A DNA stretch of 64,000 bases, taken from the IMG/VR virus record IMGVR_UViG_3300045988_118736. One strand, given 5' to 3'. The position numbers and the translations under genes were made by a program. Source of the DNA: a virus. The notes beneath the pieces were generated by a model. It did not search any database, was not told the origin of the DNA, and worked only from the letters and a program-made list of their open reading frames with translations. Shown here in pieces: positions 54,488 to 64,000 of this stretch. Numbering within the stretch: the stretch's first letter is position 1; every line of letters starts with the position of its first letter.

Positions 54488-57400
54488 TCCTTATTTAACT
54501 CATTTATCGAATCCGAATTATCAGAGCCTTCTACAAGATTCTTATTCCTATCTATCTCTTCCTGGCTCATATTACTAATCATATTTTGTATTTTCCTACC
54601 AGATTGAGATAAAGAACGGATGAATGCGCTGGAACTTATCTTAACTCCAAGATCCGGTTTTGCCCTAAACGCTTCACCGGTACTGATATTATACAAATCA
54701 TACACACCTGAGTTCATATAGAATTTATATATCCAGTTTCCACCAGCTTTTTTGTACCCTAATTTGGTTAACTCGACTACACTCATACCAAATTTAATGC
54801 CATTACGACCCATTATCTTCTCCGGTATAGGTTCTACCTTAGCCGGAACAGATGTATATGCTTCATCGCCGCCGTACAGGAAATAAGGGGTTGTCACCCT
54901 TGATATGTGAGTAAGCGACTCTTCGGATATACGAGGTTCGTCTTTCGCAGCCTTAGATCCTTTCCTTAGATTGGATATTCTAATAAAAGGATCGTATGTC
55001 AAAAAGGTTAAGCCGTATTCTACTTTATAACCTGATACGCCGTTAAGGTCCCTTATAGCCTTAGTCGTATGCGAGTGATTGATGGTGTCTATACCATACC
55101 TTGATTCCATATCGGTCATAATACTATTAACCTCATCTCCCTCTACATAAACCTCTTCTCCTTCCGGGATAGAGGTTATGCCGGCAGCCCTTCTAAGTAA
55201 CCATAAAGTAACTTCAGCAATGTCAGAGAACTTATCTCCGTTCTTCCTATAGTTATCTACTCTTCCTTCTTCAGATCCAGGTAATTCGACATTTCTTTCA
55301 ACTTCGACATTTGTTCTGGATTGTCCTTTGCCTTCTCCATCTCCCTTTTTATCGCCATCTTCCTCAGTGCGTACTGCACCGCCTTCTGCACTTCCTTCTT
55401 TTCCATCATTTAAAATATTATATGATTCTGACTCTATAGACTCCACAACAGCATCATACTCTGGTATGCCGCTAAGGAAATCTGCTACGTTATTCAAAAA
55501 CTCTATTTTTTCCTCGTTTGTCATATCAAGGCTTTCCACGGGCCTCCATATGGCAGGCAAGTTGTTTGATTTTATTGCAGTAGAAACATCTTCTACAGTT
55601 TTATTATCCACCGTAGGCAAAACTTTAGAAACCAAATTATTGATGTCAGATTCCATTTTTTCTACTTCCTCTTTTGTGCCATATTCCTTTAGGGTGTCCA
55701 TGCCATTGACTCTAAGAGAATAATTCAAAGCCTTACTTGGAACAAAATTAATATATTTCAAAAAGTTTTTCAACTCTGATATAATTTGTTCGTCAGATCT
55801 TGGCCCAACATAATCAACCACCACCTGATCTGTTTGAGAACGAAGCCAAGAAACGTATTCATCTAAGGTCTTACCACCTTTCTTGGAAGGAGTGGATATC
55901 TTATCACCTACTGTTCCTTTAGGTTCTAATCCCATTTCCTCCTTAAGACTTTTAGGATTACCCCTCTCACGAAGAAACCTTAAGTCGCCTCCTACAATCT
56001 TCCTTGCTATAAAATCAAAAATATTAGCATAAGGCGGCAATCCTTCTTTTTCTATATGAGATTCTATTTCGTTTAACATAAGAGAGAAGTTTTTCCTGGA
56101 GGTACGCTTCTTGCCAGGTAAAGACTGTGCAGCTTGTGCCGCAGGAGCCGGCTGAGCTAATGGCGCCGGCTGAGTCCCCCGGACAGCCCCTTCCTCTGGC
56201 ATTTCCTCTTCATAAACATCCACGTATTCTTTAGAAGTAACGGTCTTACCCTCATCAGAGAAAGGAAGAACATCCTCTATAAGTGATTTAGGTCTTGAAG
56301 ATGATTTACCAAACTGAATCCTGATCTTAGGAGCAACAAACATCTCACCTTCGAAATCTATTCCAGATTCTACTTCAGACGTCACAATGTCTTTCACGCT
56401 CCTACTTCCATCTTCTACCCACTTAACAACATCAGGAACTGTAGATAATTCTTCTATAGCCTCACGAGCTTTTCTAAGACCTGAAATAGGATTCAAATAC
56501 GATACTTGATACGAAGCCGGATCAAGACCTAACTTGGTTAGATACGCATTAAGATCTTGTATGTCATCTTGACCCATCTGCAACAATTCAGAGTCACCGG
56601 ATTCAAACAGCATATCTATAAAAGAAATCCATTTCTGCCCTTCCTCTGATTCCACCGAACGTAGACTAACCGGGAAAAGATAATTAAGACCGTTTTTACC
56701 CTTGATAACAACTACCGGAACTCTTACATTTTTGTAATTATTTCCCTTGTCATTTAATATAGAATAAGCAAATGGGAAGCCTGTGTATTTAGATCCGTTC
56801 TTAAGCACGACTTTGCCATTTAATACATATCCTACATCAGATACTTTTTCAGCACCTTTTTCGGTAATAGGGAGATTTTCTACCTGGCCATATCCTTGAC
56901 CGTTTACCTTCATGTTAAACACCGGTCTTCCGGGAAGAGTCTGGGCAACAACATGCGTGCCGACGCTGATGGTAGCCGACCGGCCAGCATCTTTCTTCCA
57001 CTTGTTAAATGCCGTTCTTCTTATTTTACTTATACCGTCTATGCCTCCCGTATCAGCTTTTACAACAGAAACGAATCTGTTCCCACTCATGACCTTGATA
57101 ACCATATTGGACACCAGTTTATTCTCAGCAGATTCTATTCTTTTTTTATCGCCGGACTGAACAGCATCATTGTATTCGGCAAAAAGAGACTGATTATAGG
57201 TATCATTTACATCTATTTCGAGATTAACCTTATCTCCTTTTTTCAAAGAAGATAATGCTTCCTGATCTATTTTATCTACCTCATTCTCTCCGAATCCAAC
57301 ACCCGTTCTGTATGGAACCAACTCATCTGAATCAAGACGCTTATAAACCAAAGAATATGAATTACCCACATCCTGAATAGACACATCTGTGTAAAGATTA

Positions 57401-60400
57401 AGAACACGAGCCGATTCTTTGTCTATAGACCATCTCGCATGATAAGGCAGTTCAATTATAGTAGCCGTTTCACCACCTATGTTAAGAGAATACCTTTTAG
57501 TGCCATTAGCGTTCGTTTCAGAGCTTATTTGAATAGGAACCAATGATTTTATGGAAGATATAAATTTATCGGCTCTAAGACCCGCAATTTCATACCTTTC
57601 ATTGCCATCATTGGATATTCTTCTTACCATCAACGTCTCTGGATTCTGGGCGCTATCTATGTTGGCTCCCGGCGTATTGTCGGATTCATCTAACTCATTT
57701 ACAAGAGAATCTATATTGGTATCATCCTCCCCGAAATTACTTAACGTAGATTCAGAGATACGACCTTTATCAATAATCCTGTTTTGCTCGATATAAGGAA
57801 GGAGGTCAGTGATATTTCCAACTTGGCCAAGATCTTCTATGGTAAATACCGAATCGGCAAGCTTATCTTCGTCAACTTTCTCCCCTTTGTCCCGTCTGTT
57901 CATTATATCAACATACGAAGAAATAGCATCATCAAGTTCCTTCCTTTGATCTGGTTCTAAATTGGATTTAGCCATATCAATAATAGCTTTATTATCCTCA
58001 TACACAGATCGATGTTCAGTAAGTCTCTTAACTTTATCTGATAAATCTTTTATCATCTTAGCCGGACTGTCTCCAAGAAATGATATGTAATCATCAATAT
58101 CCTGCTTGTATTTATCATATATCTCCTTCTCTCTTGGAGATAAAAGATCTTGATTACCTGTATATATCTTGTCTACTATACGCTCTCTAACCTCTATAGG
58201 TGCAGACGAAAGATCTTCCATAGCCAACTCATAATCAAAATCAGACAATATATCCTCTTTCGGTTTCTGAGTTATACCATCATTTAAATGACCAAATACT
58301 TTCATTGTAAATGCCTCATCTGAATCTATTTCACCATTGTTCAGGAGTTCATTTATTTTTTCATCTAAACTGATATTGTCTCCTTCCTGGTTCTGATAAA
58401 AACGATCACTTTCTATAGGCTTGGTATCGGATGACACCATATCATTTAAGAACTTAGAGAATAAAGAAAAATCGTGTCTCATAAATTTCTTATCCTGCAT
58501 AGAGTTCATGAATGACCGTAGAACCTTATATTGGGTAATAGCTTGCTGGTATTTTACCACCATCTTTCTTAAATCCTCTGCTTCTTTCTTCCCCTTATTG
58601 TTCTCGATATAAGTGCTTAAAGAAGCAACAGAATCATAAGCTTTTAATATATCTTCAGCAGTTATCGTTTCAGATTTAAACAACTCAAGAGCTGATACTC
58701 CAGGATCAAAAGAATAAAATACTTCTTTATAACTACTAAGAAGATCTTCTGACAACCTTCTATATTCCTTATTAAGATTATCGTATTTAATAGTTTTTTG
58801 TTTTATAGCCTCTGCTTCGGTATCATTACCGTCCTCTACTCTTCTCGGAGTTGTAGCCAACCTCTCTATTTCAGCATTCAGATCATTGATCTCATTACGC
58901 AATTCCCTTAACTGATTAGCTGTATCAAAAGCTTGACTTGATAATGAATAAAACGTATTTATATCATCAAACAAATTATTGTCATTTACATAATCAGCAA
59001 TATCATTTGATGTTTCCATTGCTATATCCTCTGCATCCAAGCCTTTAAATACAGCATTAGCAACATTAGACCGGTAAAGATCGGATGATGTTTCAGCAGT
59101 AACAGCCTCAGCGAAAGAAGAAGCTTTTTTATAATTGGCTAACTTCTTATCAAAATCTTTTATAATATCTTCCTTGTATTTTTTAACAGTTTCTTCATCT
59201 ACTTTCATTTCAGAAGCCAACTCACTTTCGTCAAGGCTTTTAACCATTGACCTGAAATTGTTAGCCGTATCCTCTAACATTCCCATTCTGTCAGATAATT
59301 CAAATTTAGAATAATAATCTGATTCAGGATCATTCATTTGAGCATTAAATTCGGCTAAATTTCGCATAGAGTCTTTTACAGATTGAGAAGTAAAAGCATT
59401 ATTACTATTAAATTTCTCAACATCAGTATTAATAGTACGCTCTTTATTTCTCCTTTCATATAAACCAAAAGCACCATTTCTGGCTCCAAATAAACCACCA
59501 ATCAGGGCTCCTATGCCAATCTCTTTCAATCCTTCTTTGGTTGTAAATTGTTCAGCTATGGCCTTAGAAAAAGAATCAACTATAGAAGACGTAGCATCAA
59601 GATACGTCTTATCATATCTTGATCTAATAAAATCTTCCCCCATGCGCTGAGCAACACCTTGCATGCCTTCCTCCCATACACCTTCAGATATGGGTCTTTT
59701 AGATACATTCCAAACAGTAGCTAAGGATTTCTGGAATAAATTTGCTTTTACCGTCTGTAATCTTCCAGCATCACCCGCCACCTTCTTAGTTCCTAATCCA
59801 AACAAATAACGATCTACAAAACTCTTTGATCCCCTATATGTGTTTGATACACCCTTTAATCCAGGTATGTATTTAGAAGCAAAACCAGTGTCTACTCCAA
59901 GATATTTTCCCAGAAGAAGATAATTGGATAATCCAACTATACCCATATTAGCTAAGAATATGCTGTTTGCCGTATCGGAAATAGAACTCTTAAATTCAGC
60001 CATCTCAGACTGATTAGGATTCCGACCATACATATTTTTAAAATATTCCTTGTATTTACTTTCAGAGTCTTTCATGAAGGACTGAGCTTCCACGGCAGAC
60101 TCCCAGCCGGCGCCCACAAACGTATTTACTCCTACCTTGGCCACATTGCCTATGGCCCTGCCGTACATCGCTCCTGCTCTATACGCTCCAAAAGCGGATT
60201 TTACAGCACTTGCCGCAATCTTAGACGCTGCCATCTTTCCGGCCACTCTCATCCCTACTTTAGCGCCAACAGCTCCAAGACTTGACACACCCATCCCACC
60301 TGTAAGGTAGGCAGACAGAATAGCGCCTGTCGTAAACGATAGACCATTTCCAATAACATCATTAAAAATAAAATTTGCAGTTCCAAGACTCTGCAAAAAT

Positions 60401-61200
60401 CCCATATCACGCTCTTCTCTTGTATAATAATGAGGAAGAGAGTGGTTTATTCTTTCATCTATATCATTTATGGTCCGTGTAAAATCATTGTCAAATGCTG
60501 AAGATAACGTACCAGTCTTTATAAGATTATACGCAGCCGGGATAATACCTACTACTCCTGATACACCATATAATGCTGTTTTTGTGACAAGCTTCCCTAT
60601 GCCATTAACAGCCTTATTCCAAGTAGTTTGCCTTCTTCCGTAATAATCTTCATTATCCCTTCCTGGCATATAACTTTTAAACTTTGCAAGACCGATGTTC
60701 CCATCGGATAAAAAGTCATATGCTTCATCTAACTTAATAGTTCTTCCTTTACCAAATACACCAAAATCAGCAGCAGATGACTGTTGATTACCAGCTATAA
60801 CCTCACCATAAGACGTTTGTTTACCAGAATAAGTATTCCTTGATTTATCTTGAATAGATTTTATCATGGAATTTAACTTATTATAAGACTCCTCTTTCTT
60901 CTTTCTTGGATCATCTCCACCATTCAGAGCCGATTTTAGTCCAGAAAAAGATGTGTCTACATCAAAAGAAGTATCTATTCCGCTAATATCAGACCCTTTT
61001 TCTGAATCATCATCAGGATTTATGGCTGATACCGGGGGAGTATATGAACCTACTTTCATCCTCTCCATCTCTCTTTTTGCTCCCTCAATAAGAGAAGATT
61101 CTTCTTCATATCGCGTAGGAACTCCGGCATTATACCCTCTTAATCCAGTAGATGGTAAGAAACCTGATTTCTCTACCAATGTCTGTTCCTTATTTTCCAT
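54481..61200 (-). CDS. giant virion-associated protein (2239 aa), function unknown
   Basis: 6.7-kb ORF; glycine/alanine-rich amphipathic segment (GAKVGMRVAGKMAASKIAAS...) and long coiled regions. Confidence 0.8.
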   Translation of the reverse strand: MENKEQTLVEKSGFLPSTGLRGYNAGVPTRYEEESSLIEGAKREMERMKVGSYTPPVSAINPDDDSEKGSDISGIDTSFDVDTSFSGLKSALNGGDDPRKKKEESYNKLNSMIKSIQDKSRNTYSGKQTSYGEVIAGNQQSSAADFGVFGKGRTIKLDEAYDFLSDGNIGLAKFKSYMPGRDNEDYYGRRQTTWNKAVNGIGKLVTKTALYGVSGVVGIIPAAYNLIKTGTLSSAFDNDFTRTINDIDERINHSLPHYYTREERDMGFLQSLGTANFIFNDVIGNGLSFTTGAILSAYLTGGMGVSSLGAVGAKVGMRVAGKMAASKIAASAVKSAFGAYRAGAMYGRAIGNVAKVGVNTFVGAGWESAVEAQSFMKDSESKYKEYFKNMYGRNPNQSEMAEFKSSISDTANSIFLANMGIVGLSNYLLLGKYLGVDTGFASKYIPGLKGVSNTYRGSKSFVDRYLFGLGTKKVAGDAGRLQTVKANLFQKSLATVWNVSKRPISEGVWEEGMQGVAQRMGEDFIRSRYDKTYLDATSSIVDSFSKAIAEQFTTKEGLKEIGIGALIGGLFGARNGAFGLYERRNKERTINTDVEKFNSNNAFTSQSVKDSMRNLAEFNAQMNDPESDYYSKFELSDRMGMLEDTANNFRSMVKSLDESELASEMKVDEETVKKYKEDIIKDFDKKLANYKKASSFAEAVTAETSSDLYRSNVANAVFKGLDAEDIAMETSNDIADYVNDNNLFDDINTFYSLSSQAFDTANQLRELRNEINDLNAEIERLATTPRRVEDGNDTEAEAIKQKTIKYDNLNKEYRRLSEDLLSSYKEVFYSFDPGVSALELFKSETITAEDILKAYDSVASLSTYIENNKGKKEAEDLRKMVVKYQQAITQYKVLRSFMNSMQDKKFMRHDFSLFSKFLNDMVSSDTKPIESDRFYQNQEGDNISLDEKINELLNNGEIDSDEAFTMKVFGHLNDGITQKPKEDILSDFDYELAMEDLSSAPIEVRERIVDKIYTGNQDLLSPREKEIYDKYKQDIDDYISFLGDSPAKMIKDLSDKVKRLTEHRSVYEDNKAIIDMAKSNLEPDQRKELDDAISSYVDIMNRRDKGEKVDEDKLADSVFTIEDLGQVGNITDLLPYIEQNRIIDKGRISESTLSNFGEDDTNIDSLVNELDESDNTPGANIDSAQNPETLMVRRISNDGNERYEIAGLRADKFISSIKSLVPIQISSETNANGTKRYSLNIGGETATIIELPYHARWSIDKESARVLNLYTDVSIQDVGNSYSLVYKRLDSDELVPYRTGVGFGENEVDKIDQEALSSLKKGDKVNLEIDVNDTYNQSLFAEYNDAVQSGDKKRIESAENKLVSNMVIKVMSGNRFVSVVKADTGGIDGISKIRRTAFNKWKKDAGRSATISVGTHVVAQTLPGRPVFNMKVNGQGYGQVENLPITEKGAEKVSDVGYVLNGKVVLKNGSKYTGFPFAYSILNDKGNNYKNVRVPVVVIKGKNGLNYLFPVSLRSVESEEGQKWISFIDMLFESGDSELLQMGQDDIQDLNAYLTKLGLDPASYQVSYLNPISGLRKAREAIEELSTVPDVVKWVEDGSRSVKDIVTSEVESGIDFEGEMFVAPKIRIQFGKSSSRPKSLIEDVLPFSDEGKTVTSKEYVDVYEEEMPEEGAVRGTQPAPLAQPAPAAQAAQSLPGKKRTSRKNFSLMLNEIESHIEKEGLPPYANIFDFIARKIVGGDLRFLRERGNPKSLKEEMGLEPKGTVGDKISTPSKKGGKTLDEYVSWLRSQTDQVVVDYVGPRSDEQIISELKNFLKYINFVPSKALNYSLRVNGMDTLKEYGTKEEVEKMESDINNLVSKVLPTVDNKTVEDVSTAIKSNNLPAIWRPVESLDMTNEEKIEFLNNVADFLSGIPEYDAVVESIESESYNILNDGKEGSAEGGAVRTEEDGDKKGDGEGKGQSRTNVEVERNVELPGSEEGRVDNYRKNGDKFSDIAEVTLWLLRRAAGITSIPEGEEVYVEGDEVNSIMTDMESRYGIDTINHSHTTKAIRDLNGVSGYKVEYGLTFLTYDPFIRISNLRKGSKAAKDEPRISEESLTHISRVTTPYFLYGGDEAYTSVPAKVEPIPEKIMGRNGIKFGMSVVELTKLGYKKAGGNWIYKFYMNSGVYDLYNISTGEAFRAKPDLGVKISSSAFIRSLSQSGRKIQNMISNMSQEEIDRNKNLVEGSDNSDSINELNKEC

Positions 61201-61203
61201 ATA

Positions 61204-63990
61204 TTATTCCCTATTTACACTATTCAACAACTTCATCAACTTGCCGTTTTTATTCAAAGACGTAGGCAAATTACCTCCTTCTTTTGCTGTCACCATATCC
61301 TTAATCTCTTCTGTTATGGCTGCCACAACAAAATCAACTATTTTTTTCTGAGGCGCAACAGCAAGTTCTTTAGACACATTATCCGCAAACCATACATTAG
61401 GAGTATCAAACGAATCTATTAACTCAGGTTTACCATTCTCCATAAGATAAAGCCTTGTCTCATATCCATAACCGTAACTTGTCTTAGGATCATAACCTTC
61501 AACCTTTACACCAAGCTTTCCACTGTTATCCAATATATCTTTAGCTGCATTAAGAAGCCAAATCTTTTGTTCTGGCATATCATCTAAATTATTACCAAAT
61601 TTATTTATCATATCTGATAATACTTTCATCATTGAAGATACCGAAGCATAAGCAGGTGATATATCTGAATTTTCAAGCATCTTCGGATACCACATATTAG
61701 TATCACTTCCAAATGTGGGTCTTATAATACCACTTTCGTATCCACCTATATCGACAGAAGGAGTATTAATGCCAGGATCTATTCCACCTTTTATCAACTC
61801 CGTTTCAGACACCTCAACAATATCTATCTCTGTTCTTTCACCGGTATGATTAGCAACCAAACTATAAATCTTTTCTCCATTGTCGGCTATTCCAGATTCT
61901 GTCAAAGAAAATGATTCAATAGTTGCCGATGATGATTTAGATTTACCAACAGGATGCTCTGCCATTTTTTCAGTAAATAGATCCCTGAGAACGCCCATCT
62001 CTCTATAACCAGCCTCCTTGGAGGTTAATTTGGTTGAATACGTTACTGTGTTAGGTGAATACAGTTCGAGATATTCTTTACGTATCTCATTTATACCATC
62101 ATCTTGAACCTTAGTTATTTGATCAGCTATATTAATATCACTTACTGCATAGTTTCCAACGCCCTCCATTCCACTAATAGAATACAGTGCATTAAAAAAC
62201 ACCTTTTCTTCACCATCCGAGAAACTATTTTTTACATCATCGTATTTTTTTAAGAAATACCTGCCACTTTTGCTATCCCTCTCAAATACTTTAGATAAAT
62301 CAATGCCATCATTTTTCACCCTCTTTCTTATAGTAGCTATATCAGCAGGCGAGAATCCTTTTTCATAATATCTTACTCCAGATTCTACATCGCCGACTGT
62401 ACCTCTATTTTTTCTTAAAATATCATTAAGGGATAACGCTGTAGCATAGGCTATATATTCTTCGGGTTTACCTCCTTCCTTCTGCGCGATCGCATTTGCT
62501 ATTTCAGATACAATATTATCATAAATCTTATTCTCCTTCTTAATTCTATCATTCTCTATATCCATCTTGTCTACAGCGCTATTAAGCTGCATATAAGCAT
62601 CTGTGGCAGCTTTTCTCTCTGCCATAGGTAGCTTATCAAACATATCATTAGAAAGACCTCCATTGTCCTTTATATACTTAAGAAGTTTTTCTTCATCCAT
62701 AAGATACTTGTATCCTGATGTTTCATCCGTCATATTTCTTGATATGGCAGCTTGAATATTTTTCATGTTTTCAGCACCAAGGGCCGTAGATAGTCTACTT
62801 CCGGATGTTACAAGATCTGTATATGCCTTATTAAACTTCTTATGAGTTTCTTCTGATATGCTAATATTTTTAGTTTCGATAGGATTAGCTGAAATAGTTC
62901 CACCAGAGTTTGTGCCAACGCCCACCTGCATGGCTCGGCTTCCAGCTCTGCCGCCTGCCGCTCCTGCACCAGAGGACATAAGTTTTGCTATTCTGGCTTC
63001 ATTAAGCCTATTCTGCATCTTCAGACGTTCTTCGTCTAATCCAAATCTGGCTTCATCCTTATTCTTACCATATTCAAACTCTGCAATATCCCTATTTCTT
63101 TCATATTCAAATTCTATCTTCCATTTTTCGAAATTCAAATTAGCTAATCTTTCCCTCTGATTATATTCTTTGGTTTTCCAGTAAAGCTCGTCGGCTTTGA
63201 TTATGAAAGACGAATTATCATAAGCATATGAAGCAGCAGCATTATTAATAAAATTATTTTCAATAACCTTCATCGCTCCAAGATACGGATCGTAAGTCCT
63301 TTCATCCATTCTGCTAAATTCAGATTTCATAGAAGCTATTTCAGATTTGGCTCTCTTTATTTCATTTTCAACCATTTCTTTCTTTGCAGGATCAGAACCC
63401 AAACCGGAAAGATCGGCAGTAAGAGCATCAACATACCTCTGCTTATCACTTATCTGCTTATTCATAAAACCAAGAACAGAATCATACGAATATAAAGAGG
63501 GATTAGAGTCTACCATGTAAATAGCCTCCACCTGCATCTGCTGCCTTGCTTTATCTGATAACCCTGACAATGCAAAAGAAGCTATCTGTTCAGGAGTAAG
63601 CATATCCTTAGTTACTTCTTGTACTGCCCCGGTAGGATGACCATCCTTGTCAAGAATAGGAATCTGAACTTTAGCTCCTTTATGAAGCTTGCTTATAAAA
63701 TCTATCCTATCTTTTAATTCCTTATTATAATCAGTATAAGGAGTATATTGAAGAGGAGCAAGACGGGAACCAGCCTTTCCATCATTCACCCATTCATTAT
63801 ACGGCTTTAAAGCCGCATAAGCATTCGCAGCAGAATAAAGTTCTGGATTATTTATTTGTAAATCAGATAGCATTTTATGCATTCTCCTGCCTTCTTTTGT
63901 GCCAGCAATCGCGTTAATGACCGTATCATCCAACACCGAACTGATCTCTCCTTGTATAGCTCTCGTAACACCATCAGAAGAAAGATCCAC
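61204..63990 (-). CDS. giant virion-associated protein, N-terminally truncated by window edge (more than 928 aa)
   Basis: ORF open to the right window edge; 3-nt gap to next gene. Confidence 0.75.
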   Translation of the reverse strand: MDLSSDGVTRAIQGEISSVLDDTVINAIAGTKEGRRMHKMLSDLQINNPELYSAANAYAALKPYNEWVNDGKAGSRLAPLQYTPYTDYNKELKDRIDFISKLHKGAKVQIPILDKDGHPTGAVQEVTKDMLTPEQIASFALSGLSDKARQQMQVEAIYMVDSNPSLYSYDSVLGFMNKQISDKQRYVDALTADLSGLGSDPAKKEMVENEIKRAKSEIASMKSEFSRMDERTYDPYLGAMKVIENNFINNAAASYAYDNSSFIIKADELYWKTKEYNQRERLANLNFEKWKIEFEYERNRDIAEFEYGKNKDEARFGLDEERLKMQNRLNEARIAKLMSSGAGAAGGRAGSRAMQVGVGTNSGGTISANPIETKNISISEETHKKFNKAYTDLVTSGSRLSTALGAENMKNIQAAISRNMTDETSGYKYLMDEEKLLKYIKDNGGLSNDMFDKLPMAERKAATDAYMQLNSAVDKMDIENDRIKKENKIYDNIVSEIANAIAQKEGGKPEEYIAYATALSLNDILRKNRGTVGDVESGVRYYEKGFSPADIATIRKRVKNDGIDLSKVFERDSKSGRYFLKKYDDVKNSFSDGEEKVFFNALYSISGMEGVGNYAVSDINIADQITKVQDDGINEIRKEYLELYSPNTVTYSTKLTSKEAGYREMGVLRDLFTEKMAEHPVGKSKSSSATIESFSLTESGIADNGEKIYSLVANHTGERTEIDIVEVSETELIKGGIDPGINTPSVDIGGYESGIIRPTFGSDTNMWYPKMLENSDISPAYASVSSMMKVLSDMINKFGNNLDDMPEQKIWLLNAAKDILDNSGKLGVKVEGYDPKTSYGYGYETRLYLMENGKPELIDSFDTPNVWFADNVSKELAVAPQKKIVDFVVAAITEEIKDMVTAKEGGNLPTSLNKNGKLMKLLNSVNRE

Positions 63991-64000
63991 GCCTTTGAAT

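Noticed and set aside
37295-61200. Giant ORFs as crAss-type virion RNA polymerase
   Set aside because: No DxDGD-type double-psi beta-barrel catalytic motif recognisable by eye. Left as unknown virion proteins.
1-63990. Stop-codon reassignment or alternative genetic code
   Set aside because: Multi-kb ORFs are intact under the standard code and gene ends match terminators. No evidence for recoding.
1-63990. Integrated prophage features (integrase, attachment site, repressor)
   Set aside because: No tyrosine or serine recombinase motifs or CI-like repressor seen. The TnpB element is the only mobile-element signature.

Overview
This 64-kb window reads as part of an AT-rich tailed dsDNA phage genome. 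It has tight, often overlapping (ATGA) gene junctions, many tiny ORFs and intrinsic terminators. Its gene content and AT richness suggest a Bacteroidota-type host (inference only). No integrase or repressor is visible. Layout: (i) 1-542 is an AT-rich non-coding leader with a perfect 24-bp direct repeat, two GAAACGCGTTTT palindromes and small TGATWATCA palindromes, possibly a genome end or origin. (ii) 543-37081 is a plus-strand block of about 75 mostly small genes. It includes an unusual 2.2-kb gene-poor stretch (1083-3334) packed with hairpins, a G-tract and a four-unit iteron-like tandem array. It also holds a replication and recombination set: a putative YqaJ-like exonuclease, a Zn-finger/TOPRIM primase-like protein, a DnaB-like helicase, a Cas4-like Fe-S nuclease, an SF2 helicase and a dNTP pyrophosphohydrolase-like protein. 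The same block carries a minimal ABC ATPase heading an accessory-looking region, an ACP-like / NfeD-like / flotillin (SPFH) module, a TnpB-only IS605-family element, and a small Cys-motif protein family present in three copies. (iii) Convergent terminators at 37088-37156 mark the switch between the two blocks. (iv) 37295-63990 is a minus-strand virion block with three giant ORFs (2137 aa, 2239 aa and more than 928 aa, truncated at the window edge), a 751-aa protein, a cluster of low-complexity proteins (RG-repeat, coiled-coil, Q/N/G/C-rich membrane protein) and an AT-rich, gene-poor island at 50177-51665. The most interesting signals are the phage-borne ACP-NfeD-flotillin trio, the recurring T-arm-like GGTTCGATTCC hairpins at fixed distance upstream of start codons, the iteron array with a palindromic core, the standalone ABC ATPase island and the TnpB element. 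No rRNA, CRISPR array or convincing canonical tRNA was found.
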